From Lama guanicoe (taxonomy: Eukaryota), in the NCBI GenBank assembly GCA_013239625.1, contig MU053588.1:1327988-1391987 (forward strand): DNA of 64,000 nucleotides, given 5' to 3'. The notes under the pieces are model-generated. The model was not told the origin of the DNA. It saw only the letters and a program-made list of their open reading frames with translations, and made no database searches. Each line of letters opens with the position of its first letter. The first letter of the stretch is position 1. Positions 25,701-56,559 of the stretch are shown piece by piece. A program made the translations under genes and the position numbers.

Positions 25701-28054
25701 ATACATTCACTGCCTTCCTGTAGCTTACCTTTTAGTGGAGGGAGACAAAAATAAATGAGTAAACAAATAAAGATGAGTGTATGATGCATTGAGTGCTATG
25801 AATGCAAATGGAGTAACTGAAAGCGCCTAGGGTGATCATTAGCTGTGGTGGTCAAGGAAGGTTACATTTCCAGAAAGGCTTAAAGGATGGAGACTAAATC
25901 AACCAATCAAGGAAGAGCATTCATGCAGGGAGAACAAATACCAAGGCCCTGAATTTGGGACATACTTAGCTTGCTCAAGGAACAGAGAAGAGAACAGTGT
26001 GACTGATGTAGAGTGAATGAAAGGCAGTAGATGGAGAGGTGAGCAGGGGCCGATCATACAGCACCTTATAGGCCATGATGCGATGTTTAAAGTTTATCTA
26101 AAGACGTTGTATGTTTGGGGCAGGGTTTGGGGCAGGAATGTATGACATCTGATTGATGTCTGAGGATACCACTCTGGTGCAGTGTTCAGAATGGATTGTT
26201 CAGCAAGGAAAGAGTGGGAGCAGGAGACCAGAGAGGAGGCTACTACAATTGTCTGGGCAAGAGGTGATGGTGCTTAGGACTAGGGAGATGGAGGTGGAGA
26301 GGATTAGGAAGATTCAGGAGATATTTTAGAATTAAAACTGACCAATCTTGGTGATAAATTTGCTATGGATTAGAAACTTGGGGTTGGGGGAGTATACACC
26401 TCACCTCCGGGAAGTTTCCGGATCTGGTAGGTGTTGACTTCCCCTGGTGAAGATCCTGTCCTCAACACCAGGACCTGGCTGGGGTCATGTCCTATGACCA
26501 GGAAACTCTGAGGGATGGAGGCAAAGGTCAGCTTGAAGACGATTTGTGCGGAAGTCTGTTACTTTTACCTCTCTAGCATCCATTTCCTTTGTTTTGGGTT
26601 CCACACCCCAAATTTCTTTTAGAGAAACCCACTCTCTATTCTCAGTCCTGTGGGTGGGACTAACTCCCCCCAAGTCCTAGGGATGGGTCCATGACCTGAC
26701 CTAGCCAATAGGATGGCAGTGTTCTCTGATGACTGATTGGTTCTAAGATGGGCGTGTGAACCAAGCTCAGCCAATGGAAGTCTTCCACAGGATGTTTTCT
26801 GGAGCTCTTTGGGAAGAGGCCTTTTTTTACACTGGGGTTGCTAAGCTGGTGAGATGTAGCCCTGAGATGGGGCCAGCCATCTCTGTCACCACATGGAGAG
26901 AGCTCCTCTGAGGATGAAACTGTGGTAGACATGCTAGTTGCCATATCCAAATTTACTCCCTATTTCTTGCAGAACTCCAGCTTTATTAAGGGCATTAATA
27001 ACCCAGCCATAGAATGTAGATCATGATTGATGTAGGCAGTGGTTCTCACCTCTGACTATATAACTCCCAGGTGAGCTTTTATAAATATCGCTACCTGGGC
27101 CGCATCCATATATTCTGAGTCAGTTGTGAAGGTTTTTGTTTTGCCTGGTAAAAGAAACAGATAGGACTGGTGCCTCCCATCTTCCTTCCTCCTGCCTGGA
27201 ACGCACATGTGTACTTGGGCCTAGGGCAGCCCCTGGGTGACCCTGAGGAAAGTGCAGGAGAATTGCAGAGAAGCTGACCTTACTGTCACACAGCTAGAGC
27301 CTGCAGCTGCCTTTCTGGTTATGTTAGAAAGATAAATGCCTATTTAGCTAAGCTGCTGTAGAACAAGTGTTTACTTGCAGCCCCAAACTTTCAGAATTCC
27401 CTGCAGTTTAAAGCAAAGCCAAGAAACGGGATGGAGAGAAATGTGTAAGTTATCTGCTGCTCAGGATCCAGACATTCCTGAAATCACTTCTACTTCTGGG
27501 CTTTTCAGTCATTTGAATCAAGAAGTAGCCTTCGGTTTGCCTGCTTTGTGTTGTGTTTGTCACTAGTGAGAAGCAGGGTCCTGACTGATTCAGGGTGTCA
27601 TGGGGAGGATCGGAGAGAGTCCCTGGCCGTGACTACTTACCCCTGGTGGCCACAGCTTCAGAAAGGCTTTTGCATCCTGGGCATCCAGCTCTGGGATCTG
27701 CCACACCCCCCATGTCCTCTGCAGGCGAAGGAGTGTCTCTGGGGTCCTGAGGATCCCTAGGGGTGTCTCACCTGCTCCATTTGCCTGTGATGGGACCAGT
27801 CTGGGACATGGGACCGGGAGACCAGGGGTCAGAGGCAGGCAGTTGGACACTGAGGTGGAGTCAGAGGTACAGGAAGGGGCAGCCCAGGGGCAAAGGGCCA
27901 GAGATGGGTTCTGGGTCCTGTGTGTGTGTGGGAGGGAGGAGAACTGGATGGAAGGGGCTTCTGAATCCAGGGCAGGAGATGGATTCAGCTCCAGCAGCCC
28001 TCACCTTTCCCAGTCTGTAGGGCCTGCTGAGGCTTTGTCCTCCGGCTGGGCCAT
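22709..28054 (-). CDS. RINL: Ras and Rab interactor-like protein (SH2-like, RH and VPS9 domains), 562 aa. Coding exons: 28054-28005, 27800-27641, 26507-26405, 25439-25367, 25280-25216, 24936-24787, 24701-24291, 23906-23589, 23324-23193, 23022-22859, 22771-22709. A non-coding first exon probably ends at the donor at 29020
   Basis: The spliced ORF of 1689 nt is in frame with GT-AG junctions: [11 protein letters not shown]...[14 protein letters not shown]...[23 protein letters not shown]...[35 protein letters not shown]...[17 protein letters not shown]...ETSDD*. It contains the VPS9 motifs GADxFLP and GYYLTT. Confidence 0.95.
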
Positions 28055-29019
28055 CCTCAGGATGCAGGCAGCCAGTGAGCCATAGTCTGGCCTCTGGCAG
28101 GGAGGAAGGTAAGGCTCAAGGCTGCTCCAGTCCAGCGGTAATATTCAAAGTATTTACAACCCATATGGCCGAGACCCTGACCAATCAGAATGGGCTTGAG
28201 ACCCCTGGCTATGCTAGGTGTTAATTCTTGAGTTGCTGCGTGGTGGGGATGCCAGGGTGTCTTGGAGTGGAGAAGGGAGGGAGAGAACTCAAAATGACAG
28301 CTATTTACCAAGTGGTAGGGTAATATTTCAGATTTTAATATCCAGGGCAGCTGTATGAATGTGGACCAGCTAAACAGCAACCCTTGCCAAAACCCAGTGT
28401 CTGGAAAAGGGCTCTGCCCATAGGAGGTACTCTGTAAATGTGACCAATGTTATACAGCAGCCCCTCCTCCCTTCCCAGACCACAGATGGGCCCTCGGGTA
28501 TCTTCTCCTAACATTTTATTATGAAAAATATGAAAACTTTCAAACATTGAGAAAACGGCAATGATTTTACAGGGACCATCCATGTACCCACTACCTAGAT
28601 TCTACTATTGACATTTCACTTTTTCCTTTTTCACACATCCAGCTCTCTATCCATCTATCCATTGGACCCCCGCTTTTAACCTGGTAGAGAGTCCTACAGT
28701 GGGTTACCCACTGAGGCGGGCATTTTAAAATATTTTCCCAGCAGCAGTCCCAAGCCTGCCCATCCATCCATCCATCCATCCATCCACCCACCCAACAAAT
28801 ATTGAGTGCAGGCCCAGAGCAAGGTACCTGGGGAAAGGGTGATGGATAGAACAGGCCTCTGCTCCCAGGGGCTTCCCTGTAGGGGATGGGTAATAAATAA
28901 CTAAGCAAATCAATCAGGCCACTGACTGGAAGCCCAGGGTGTTAGGAAGAGGGGAACAGAGAGCAGGTGTCCAGGGCAGAGCAGGGCAGAGGGGTGCGGG
29001 GAGAGAGGCAAATGCTTAC

Positions 29020-29260
29020 CTGGGTCTCAGGAGAGGGGGACAAGGATGGTGCTGGGTAGGGCGGGATGGGGGTAGCTGCCGGCTACCAAAGGGAGGCAGT
29101 GGAGGGTGACGATGCCAGCTGCTTGGTCCCTGGGGGCCCCTACCTGTTCTCATAGGGGAGGCCTGGAGTAGCAGGAAGTGAAAGTGTTCCTCGCAGAGAG
29201 AGGAAGCTGAGCTGGTGGCGGTGGGGGGAAGAGGCGGGGCTGGGGTGTATCTGAAGTCAA
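29020..29260 (-). promoter_or_regulatory. Putative RINL first exon and promoter
   Basis: Donor CAG|GTAAGC at 29020/29019, ETS-like CAGGAAGTG at about 29172-29180, and GC-box GAGGCGGGG at about 29231-29239. Confidence 0.5.
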
Positions 29261-29527
29261 CCCTCCTTCTTCTTTCCGGGGGCTTAGGCCTTAGGTGACC
29301 CGGCTTTGGAAGAAGGGAACCTGGCAGTCTGGGAGTCCAGGGGTAAGAGCTGCCCACGGCCCCAGGAATCCTCCCTTGGCACCCTTTACTCTGTTTCTCT
29401 TAAGAGCCTGTCAATGTTCTGGTTTCCTTAGTAGCCCAAGATCTAACGCCCTTCCTCGAACCATTTCCCTGTGCACCCACAGAAAATAACAGCGAGGCCA
29501 GACAGCTGATTGTTAGTTGTTTTTGTT

Positions 29528-29533
29528 TTTAAT
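29528..29533 (-). terminator. SIRT2 polyadenylation signal (ATTAAA)
   Basis: The minus strand reads ...GAGACAAATTAAAAACAAAAACAACTAACAA, about 560 nt after the stop codon. This resembles the human SIRT2 3' end as recalled. Confidence 0.7.
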
Positions 29534-30093
29534 TTGTCTCTAATAAGCAACACCATCTGCCCACCCCCGCATGGGAAGTGGGTCCTGAGTGAGGAGACCC
29601 AGCACCCACTTTGGGAGCTGGAGGCAGAGTCTTGGGAGGCCTCGAGGCTCAGATTCCCCACCACTGGGTGGGAGTTCTGTTTGGAGGGCACACATCACCA
29701 CCCAGGGTAGGTTAGATTTCATCTACTTGCCCTGGGTCCCTGGGAGCAGTAGAGAGTGTGGGGGGGTCCTGGGGCCCTTGTCCTGGGACAGTTAGACGTT
29801 TGAAGGCACCCCTGGCCTCTGAGCAGTTAGAGATTAGGGGCGGCTGATCCTAAGCCCTGGGGGTGGTTAGAGGCTGTGGGCTGTTAGAGGCAGGCTGCCC
29901 AAGCCTCAGCCCCTAAAATGTTAGAGATTTGCTGGGGTCAGGGGTGCTGGGACCCCAGTTTTGGGAGAGAGTAGTTAAGAGATTGAGGAAATGTTCTGAG
30001 CTCCCCAGAAAAGAGCTGTAAGTTAGAGGGGGCCAGGGGTGGTTGGGGCTCAGCTGTTCTAAAGCTGGGCATCCTGCCTGGGAGACACAGCTG

Positions 30094-46199
<16,106 letters not shown>

Positions 46200-46653
46200 G
46201 GGCGCGGGGCGGGGGCCCTCGGGACTGTCACCGACTGCTCTGTCCCGTGACGGCACCGGAAACAGGAGGGGGCCGAGATAGGGCAGAGAACTACAACTTC
46301 CAGCAGCCATCGCGGCTGCATACAAGATTTCCCACGGCGACTAGAGCGCGCCCCTCTGAGGTAAGGAAGACACGCAAAGGCCGTACTACGATTCCCAGAG
46401 TGCCCCGCGCCCACAGCCATGTTGGTAAAGGGCGCCCGGAAAATGTGGGAAAGGGTAGAGAGCCGCTGCCCATCTGAACACTCTGATTGGTCACGGTGTG
46501 ATATGGGGGCGGGGCGTGTACAATTTAGCCCACTCTGATTGGATGAGTCAGGGGGGAGTGTTGGGGAATTCCCCGCAGGGCGGAAGTGCCGGAATTCCAG
46601 GCAGAGCCCAGACAGGCGGGCAGCCGCTGGGGGCCCCTGAGGCTTCGGGGGCC
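46200..46653. promoter_or_regulatory. Bidirectional CpG-island promoter shared by SIRT2 and NFKBIB
   Basis: The two start codons diverge with 454 bp between them. Motifs: two ZNF143/SBS-like sites (46290-46308, 46385-46403), duplicated CACTCTGATTGG CCAAT boxes (46479-46490, 46531-46542), a GC box at about 46505-46515, palindromic kB site GGGGAATTCCCC at 46563-46574, and ETS CGGAAGTG at 46581-46588. Confidence 0.9.
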
Positions 46654-49600
46654 ATGGCCGGGGTCGCGTGCTTGGGGAAAGCTGCGGACGCCGACGAATG
46701 GTGCGACAGCGGCCTGGGCTCTCTGGGTCCGGATGCGGCGGCCCCTGGAGGACCGGGACTAGGCGCAGAGCTGGGCCCGGGGCTGTCGTGGGCGCCCCTC
46801 GTCTTCGGCTTCGTCACTGAGGATGGCGACACGTGAGTGAACCTTAGTCGGCCAAGCCGGGCCCTAGGATCCCACATCTGATTCCCTGTTAATCTCGGAT
46901 CCTGACGTCCCAACCTCTCACTTCTAAATCTGTCTTCCAATGCTTGACTTCCTGACCTCTAACCCCAAGTCTAACCTTTGATAAAACCAATTTCCTATCT
47001 AGTTTTGATCCTAACCCAATAATTTCTGACCTTCTTTTGTGGAACTCTGGTTCTCATTGTTCCACATCCATTGATGGATGCCACATCCAAAACTCGATCT
47101 GAACTTCCTGACCCCAATCCTGAGACCTCTGTTAGGACAGTGGTTCAGACAGGCTCTTCCTGACCTTTAACTTCCAAATATGATCTTTGATCCTTAGCTC
47201 TTTAGATGTTGATTTCCGAAATTAATACTTGGCTATTGACTCTAAGATCCCACTTTCTGAACACTAATCTTCAAATCTTACATTCAAAGAGAAAATATAA
47301 ACTTCGTGACAGCAGGGAGTCATCTGTTAAATAAATATTTACCCAACATCTACAATGTTCCAGGCCCTGTTTTAGATGCTGGTGATAAGGCAGTGGAGAA
47401 AACACAAAAACTTAGGCCCTGTGGAGCATACATTCTAGTGGGGTTTTATAGACAGAAAGACAGACAGAAAGAAATGGAGGAAGGGCAGGAGGTAAAAAAA
47501 GAGAGAGAGAAGGAAAGAAAGAAACAGAAAGATACATAGACACAAAGTAAGAGAGAGAAGAAAAGACAGGAAGAAACAAAGACAGAAAATGAAAAAAAAA
47601 ATTAAGAAGAAAGACAGAAAAATGGTATGTCAGAAGAGAGTAAGTTCTTTTGAGAAAAATAAAGCAGAAAAGTGAGACAAGTAGATGATCTGGGGAGAGC
47701 ATTCCAGGTAGAAGGAACAACGTTGTAAAGACCCAAGTGAGGGAATGTACCTGGGGTTTTTGTGTGGTGTTTACTGCCGTATCCCCAGTGACCGAACAGT
47801 CCCTGACCGATAGGAGGCGCTCAAGAAACACTGGTCTCAAAGAGTCAGCTGTGGTTTCATTTATTTTCTCTATTGGTGATTTTGTTTTTTGTTTTTTGTT
47901 TTTTTGTTTTTTATCTTTAATTTAGAAATTTGTTTTTGCCTTCTGTTTTGTTGGTCTCTGTTCTTTCATTATTTCCTTCTGCTTACTTTGGGTTTGATTT
48001 TTTCTTCTTTTTCTAGTTTCTTCAGGTGGAAGCAGAGGTCATTTGATTTGAGACCTTTTCTTTTTTTCTAGTTTAGGTGTTTCAAGCTATAGATTTCCTG
48101 GAGTAGTGCCTTAGCAGTATGATGTGCTGAAGTGCTGTGTTTTTATTTTCACTTAATCCAATGTACCTCTTAATTTCTCTTCTGAGGGGGTGGTAGAGTG
48201 TATGCTTAGCATGCATGAGGTCCTGGGTACCTCAATCCCCAGTACTGCCATTTAAATAAGTAAATAAATAAACTGGACCCCCCCCCAAAAAAAAGCAGCC
48301 AAAAGAAAAGAGAAGGGGGAGGGTATAGCTCCGTGGTCGAACACATGCTTAGCATGCACAAGGTCCTGGGTTCATTCCCCAGTATCTCCATTAAATAAAT
48401 AAATAATTAAATAATTAAATAAATAAAAAATAAACCTAATTGCCTCCCCCACAACAATAAAAATAACTTGTCTTTTGATTTCTTCTTTGGCTGGTGGATT
48501 ATTCAGAAGTATGTTATTTAGTTTCCAGATATTCCAGATATCTTCCTTTCACTGGTTTTTAAATTTAATTCCGTTATGGACAGAGAACATTGTATAACTT
48601 GAATCCTTTTAAATTTTTTTTGAAAGGGTGAGGTGATTAGGTTTATTTATTGATTTACTTCTTTTTTTTAATGGAGGTACTGGGGATTGAACCCAGGACC
48701 TCCTGCATGCTAGACATAGACTTTACCACTGATCTATACCCTCCCCCTTGTTTTTTATTTTAGTGGTTGCTCTGAAAGACAGAGGTTGGCAAACGATGGC
48801 CTCCAGGCAAAATCTGGCCAACTACCTGCTTTTGTCTGGCTGGGAGCTAAGAATGGTTGTTACATCTGTAAATGGTTGGAAAAAATTAAAAGAAGAATAA
48901 TATTTTGTGGCAAGTGAAAATTATATGAAACTCAAATTTCAGACTCGATAAAGTAAATTCTTTTGGAATCCAGCCATGCCCACTCATTTACATATCTCCA
49001 ATGGCTGCTCTTGCATCCTGACAGCAGAGCTGAGTAGATAAAAGAGAGACCACATCATCCATAAAGCCTGAAATATTTATCTGGCCTTTTACAGAAAAAA
49101 ATTTGCTGACTCCTGCTTTAGGGCTTATAGGGCACCACTTTAACTTATTATGGTCTATCTTCAAGTGATACTATGCCACTTCGTATAGTGTAAAAGAACT
49201 TTAGTATATTTTCTTTTGTTTCTTCCTGGCCTTTACGCTATTGTGGTCATAGATTTTACTGACATGTGTTACAAACTCCACCAGACATTGTTCTTACTTT
49301 TTTGCTTAAGCAGTCAATTCTTTTTTTAAAAATTGTCTTCTAAAGAGATTTACATAGTAAGAAACAAAACCTTTTTAATTTAATTTTATTTTTTCCCCCT
49401 TAATGGAGGCACTGGGGATTGAACCCAGGACCTTGTGCACGCCAAACATGTGCTCTACCACTGAGTTATCTCCTACCCCCAGGAAAGAAAATCTTATGTA
49501 CTTACCCATATAGTTATTATTCTCACTGTTCTTTATTCTTTTGTATGAATCCATAGTTCCATTTGATATCATTTTCCTTTTGCTCACAGGTTTCCTTGAA

Positions 49601-52600
49601 CATTTCTTGTGATGTGGGTCTCCTGGTGATGAGTTCCTTCGGCTATTGTATAGTTGAAAGCATCTTTATTTTGTCTTTGTTTTTGAAGGATATTTTTGCT
49701 GGGTTAAAGAACTCTTAAATTGATGGTCCATCTTTGAGTACTTTTAAGTTGTTGCTCCATTGTGTTCTCTTGGATTATTTCCTGTGTGAAGTCTGCTGTC
49801 CTCCTTATTTTTATTTCACTGTACTTAAGGTGTCTTTTCCTCTGGCTGCTTTGAACAGACAATAATTTAATTTATTAAAGACAATAAATTCATCTTCATT
49901 GTTGCCTTTGAACAGATTTTTTATGATGGGCCTCAGTGTAGTTTTTTTTTCATATTTCTCATTCTTGAGAGTCATTGAGCTTCTTGGAGCCGTGGGTTTA
50001 TAGTTTTCATCAAATTTGGAAAAATTTCCAGACATGATTTCTTCAAATATTTTTTCTATCCCTCTCCTCCTTTAGGAACTTTAGTTACAAAGATATTAGG
50101 CTGCTCGAAGTTGTCCAATTGCTTACTGGTGTCCTTTTCATTTTAAAATATTCTCTTTGTGTTTTGTTCTGGATAGTTGCTGTGGTGAAGTCTTCAGGTT
50201 CATTAATCTTTTCTTCTGCAGTGTCTCATCTGTTGTTAATCCCATCCAGTGTATTTTTCATTTCACGTGTTGTAGTTTTTATTTCTAGGAGTTCAGTTTG
50301 AGTCTTTTCCTTTTATCATCTATGTCTCTACTTGTTGAAGGTATGAGATACAGTTATAATGAACTGTTTTAATGTCCTTGATTGATAATTCTACCATCTA
50401 GGTCATTGTCATTTGATTGATTATTCTCATTATGGATCATGTTTTCCTGTTTCTCTGCATGCCTGATAGTCTTTGATTAGATGCCAGACATTGTGGATTT
50501 TTACCTTGTTAGGCTGGCTAGTTTGGTATTCCTATAAATATGCTTGAGTGTTGTTCTGGGGTGCAGTTAAGTTACTCGTAAGTAGTTTGATCCTTTTGGG
50601 TTTTGCTTTTATGATTTGTTAGGTGGGTCCTGAGCACCCACCTGATCTAGAGTTTATTATTCCCACTGCTGAGGCAAGTCCTTTCTGAGTATTCTACCCA
50701 TTATCCTGTGAAGTAGGGGTTTTTCTAGTCCTCGTCCTGTAAGAGCACTGGGGCTTCTCTCTCTAATCCTTTTGTATGGTATTCCCCCAGGCTAGGGTGG
50801 TTTCCTTACACTCATGCACTGACCAGCATTCTCCTAAATACTCCGGAGGCCCCTCTGTTAATCTCCAGGGTCTCTTCCTGTGCAGCTCTCTCCTCTCTGG
50901 TTCCCTGTCCTGTGACTCCAGCTGCTCTGCTCTCCCAAGACTCAACTCTGTCTCCTCACCTCAGGCAATCTGCCTGGGTTCTGCCTCTCTGCATCATGGC
51001 TTGGAAACTCTCCAGACAGTAAGCTGTGGCAGTCAATGAAGGGCCCAGTGAGCTTGCTGCCTGACCTTCAGGGTCACTGTCATTCATTGCATGACATCTA
51101 GTAACTTGAGAACTGTTGTTTCACATACTGTATTTTGTCTGAGTTTTTGGTGGATTCAGATGGGAGTGAAATCTGGTCCATGTTACTTCATCTTGGGAGG
51201 AAGTAGAAGTCCTACTTAATAAGCATTAATTAAACAAATTTGCTGAATTAACTCTGACCAGACCCTCCAGACTCCTGACAATGGGTTCTAGAACTGTGCT
51301 CATAATGCCTAGTACACAGTAGGTGCTCCACGTTTGTTGAATGAATACATGTAAGAGTACTTGACTGCTGCCTTCTGACTGCTGTCCTTGTCCTCAGGGC
51401 ATTGCACTTGGCGGTAATTCATCAGCATGAGCCCTTCCTGGATTTCCTCCTAGGCTTCGCGGCTGGCACTGAGTACTTGGATCTGCAGAATGACCTGGGC
51501 CAGGTGAGCCACCTGTGGACGGTGTTGGGCTTGGGAGCCAGGATTCTCAGTGTGACCCCCTAACCCCTGCCTTCTGCTCCTACAGACAGCCCTGCATCTG
51601 GCAGCCATCCTGGGGGAGGCATCCGCAGTGGAGAAGTTGTACATGGCAGGTGCCGGGTTACTGGTGGCAGAGCGTGGGGGACACACGGCACTGCACCTGG
51701 CCTGCCGCGTCGGGTCACATGCCTGTGCTCGCGTGCTGCTCCAGCCTCGCCCCCAGCGCCCCAGGGGAGTCCCCAACACCTACCTCACCCAGGGCTCTGA
51801 CCATACTCCTGATGCCAACCATAGCCTTGTTGCCTTGTACTCTGAACCTGACTTGGAGAAGGAAGAGGATGAGAGTGAAGAGGACTGGAAGTTGCAGCTG
51901 GAGGCTGAAAACTATGAGGGTGAGGGTCCTCAGTCATGGGGAAGGGCCGGGCTCCCAGGCAGGGCGAAAGCACCTGGCTCTGGGCTCAGCTCTCCTGACT
52001 CAAAGCCCTTAGGAAATAACACCAAGGCCCCAGGAACGCAGGCAGCAGGACCAAGGACTCCTGCTCAGGCCCCAGATTACTGAGAACCACAGGTCCCAGC
52101 TCACCCAGGATGAGGGAATTCAAGGCCCAGGACTCTATGAGACTCTGGCAGCCTGGGTTCCCAGAGATTGACATTGGGGTTCAGGGACAGCCCTCCTCAG
52201 CCAGGCCTCCTGGGGAAAAAGACCCTGTCTACCCAGGACCCTGGCATATGAGTCTCAGCTCCCTCATCTCTAAGCCCAACTACTTGGGACCAGGCCACAC
52301 CACAAAGGAACTGACGTCATCCAGGGCCCAGTGTTCAGGGCCCACCCCACCCCCTAAGGTACAGGCCCTTCAGCTACTCAGGACCCAGGAATTTGGGGTT
52401 CTGGTTCTATGTAAAGTGAGACCAGAGACTCAGGTCTCCTGGCCCAAGATCCAGGCCTCTTGTCCACAGCCCTCCGGCTCTTCACTCATAGGCTCCAAAC
52501 ATCCCACAATCCAGCCCTGGCACTGCCTGAGACTTAGGCATTTGGGATTCGGGGGCCTCCTGGATATACCTAGGAATTCAGGAGCCAGACCCCAAACTCC

Positions 52601-54003
52601 ATCACCCTGAGGCCAGAAGGCCCATCCCCAGGATCGTGGCACTGGGGGCCCAGGCTCCTCACCCCTGTCATCTGACATCAGTCACTCTGTCCTCAGGCCA
52701 CACCCCACTCCATGTGGCCGTCATCCACAAAGATGCAGAGATGGTCCGACTGCTCCGAGAGGCTGGAGCTGACCTCAACAAACCGGTGAGGCACTCCAGG
52801 GAGAAGGTGTGGCAGGGTGGGCGGTGTCCCGCAGGTTGGGGCAGGGTCTCCTCTGACCTCTCTGCTGCACTCCTCAGGAGCCCACGTGTGGCCGAAGCCC
52901 CTTGCACTTGGCAGTGGAGGCCCAAGCAGCTGATGTGCTAGAGCTTCTCCTGAAGGCCGGTGCCGACCCTGCTGCCCGCATGTATGGTGGCCGCACCCCA
53001 CTCGGCAGCGCCACGCTTCGGCCCAACCCCATCCTTGCCCGCCTCCTCCGGGCACACGGAGCCCCTGAACCCGAGGATGAGGATAAGCCCGGCCCCTGCA
53101 GCAGCAGTAGCGACAGCGACAGTGACAGCGGGGACGAGGGCGTGAGTCAGGAGGACAGACGGGGAGGCCCAGCTGGGGGGGTCAGGGTAAATGGGCAGGT
53201 GGGAAGGGGGAAAAGAGAAATTAAGGAAATGATACTTATATTGGGCTGCTGTGATTAGAGAACTCAGGCAGCAGTGCAAGTGGTATCAGGCAGCCGCCAA
53301 GGGACACCTAGACAGGGGTGGCGGGGAGAACCCAGGCAGTGGTGGTTGAGAAATTAAGACAACGGCAGAGGGAGAACTCAGGCAGAGGTAGAGAAAACAC
53401 CTTGGTTGTAGTGGTTGGGAAGCATGGGCGACAGCAGGCGGCAGCAAGGGGAGTTGTTTTGGAGAACAAGAGTTGGAGAACTCAGGCTGCGGGAATATGA
53501 CCTTGGGCAGCAGTGATTTGAACACTGGCAGCAGTGGGGAAAGACCTGAGCCTGTGGTGAGGTTTCCCTGGAGACCCGGGCAGCAGAGACACTGCTGTGG
53601 GCAGGGGCTGACGTTGAGCGGTGGGGGTTGAGGAAAGTGGGAAAGGCTGGGGGGAGGGGGGGAGGGGGAGACCTCGGTGGCTGAAGGACTGGAGAGGCAG
53701 CAGGGCTGGGACCCCGGCAGTAGTGCTGGGAGAACGCAGGCGACCTTGAAAGTGGTGGTTTGAGAACTAGGAGTAGTGAGGTTGAAGCAGGAGCGAGGAA
53801 CTCGGGCTTCAAGGCAACAGCCAATTCTCAGGGTAGGTGGAAGAACTTGGGCAGTGGGCAAGGTGGCAGCCGCCTGAGCCCCTCTGCCTGGCCCCCTCTG
53901 CCCCTAGGATGAATACGACGACATCGTGGTCCACAGTGGCCGGAGGCCAAACCAGCTACCTCCCACCCCAGCCTCAAAACTGCTCCCTGACGACCCCATC
54001 TGA
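46654..54003 (+). CDS. NFKBIB: NF-kappa-B inhibitor beta (IkB-beta1), 355 aa. Exons: 46654-46832, 51398-51503, 51586-51919, 52697-52785, 52878-53141, 53908-54003
   Basis: MAGVACLGKAADADEWCDSGLGSLGP carries the DSGLGS IKK degron. It is followed by ankyrin repeats (GDTALHLAVIH, GQTALHLAAI, GHTALHLAC, GHTPLHVAVIH, GRSPLHLAVE) and a PEST tail SSSSDSDSDSGDEG. 1068 nt in frame with GT-AG junctions. Confidence 0.98.
47825..51200 (-). mobile_element. Mosaic of old LINE-1 fragments in NFKBIB intron 1, with nested SINEs and a DNA element
   Basis: T-rich antisense L1-like sequence with an ORF1-like peptide (NFSKFDENYKP...). Vic-1-like SINEs at about 48184-48295 (+), 48315-48464 (+), 48614-48748 (-) and 49372-49480 (-). 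A MER58-like element at about 48780-49115 (CAGAGGTTGGCAAAC...TTTGCTGACTCCTG). Confidence 0.7.
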
Positions 54004-54030
54004 CTTAATTGTTAATAGAGTTTCCAGTTT

Positions 54031-54036
54031 AATAAA
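54031..54036 (+). terminator. NFKBIB polyadenylation signal
   Basis: AATAAA 27 nt after the stop codon, followed by GT-rich sequence. Confidence 0.85.
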
Positions 54037-54138
54037 ATCCCAGTTCTGACAACCAGTGTGTAGATCGAGATTACTCCTGAGCTCCTGTCCCTCCAAACTC
54101 AAGTGCGGCGCAGTAAGCCCCAATGGTTTTCTTCGTGC

Positions 54139-54144
54139 TTTATT
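54139..54144 (-). terminator. CCER2 polyadenylation signal
   Basis: TTTATT on the plus strand, i.e. AATAAA on the minus strand, about 225 nt after the CCER2 stop. Confidence 0.8.
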
Positions 54145-54367
54145 CACTCGGGAGGGTTGGAGTGGGTTAGACGGTGTCAGGGCTATTTCCTGAGTCAGTC
54201 TGAGCTCAGACTTGGCCCCTCAAGGCCTGGTTCCAAGGCACACCCTTCTCCCCACTCAGGCAGATTGGGGAGCAGAGTCGGGCGCCAGGCTGTGGGGGGG
54301 TGTTGTGTTGGGGGTCAACAGGCCTGAGCCGTAGGGTGTGTCGGGAAGGAGGACCTGAGGTCCGGGG

Positions 54368-56512
<2,145 letters not shown>

Positions 56513-56559
56513 GGTGAGGTGTCCAGACCAGGGTCCTTGGCGCTGTGCGGGCTGGGGTG

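Noticed and set aside
53286..53861. 191-aa Pro/Ser-rich minus-strand ORF in NFKBIB intron 5
   Set aside because: It comes from the stop-poor complement of a purine-rich intron and has no splice, promoter or homology support.
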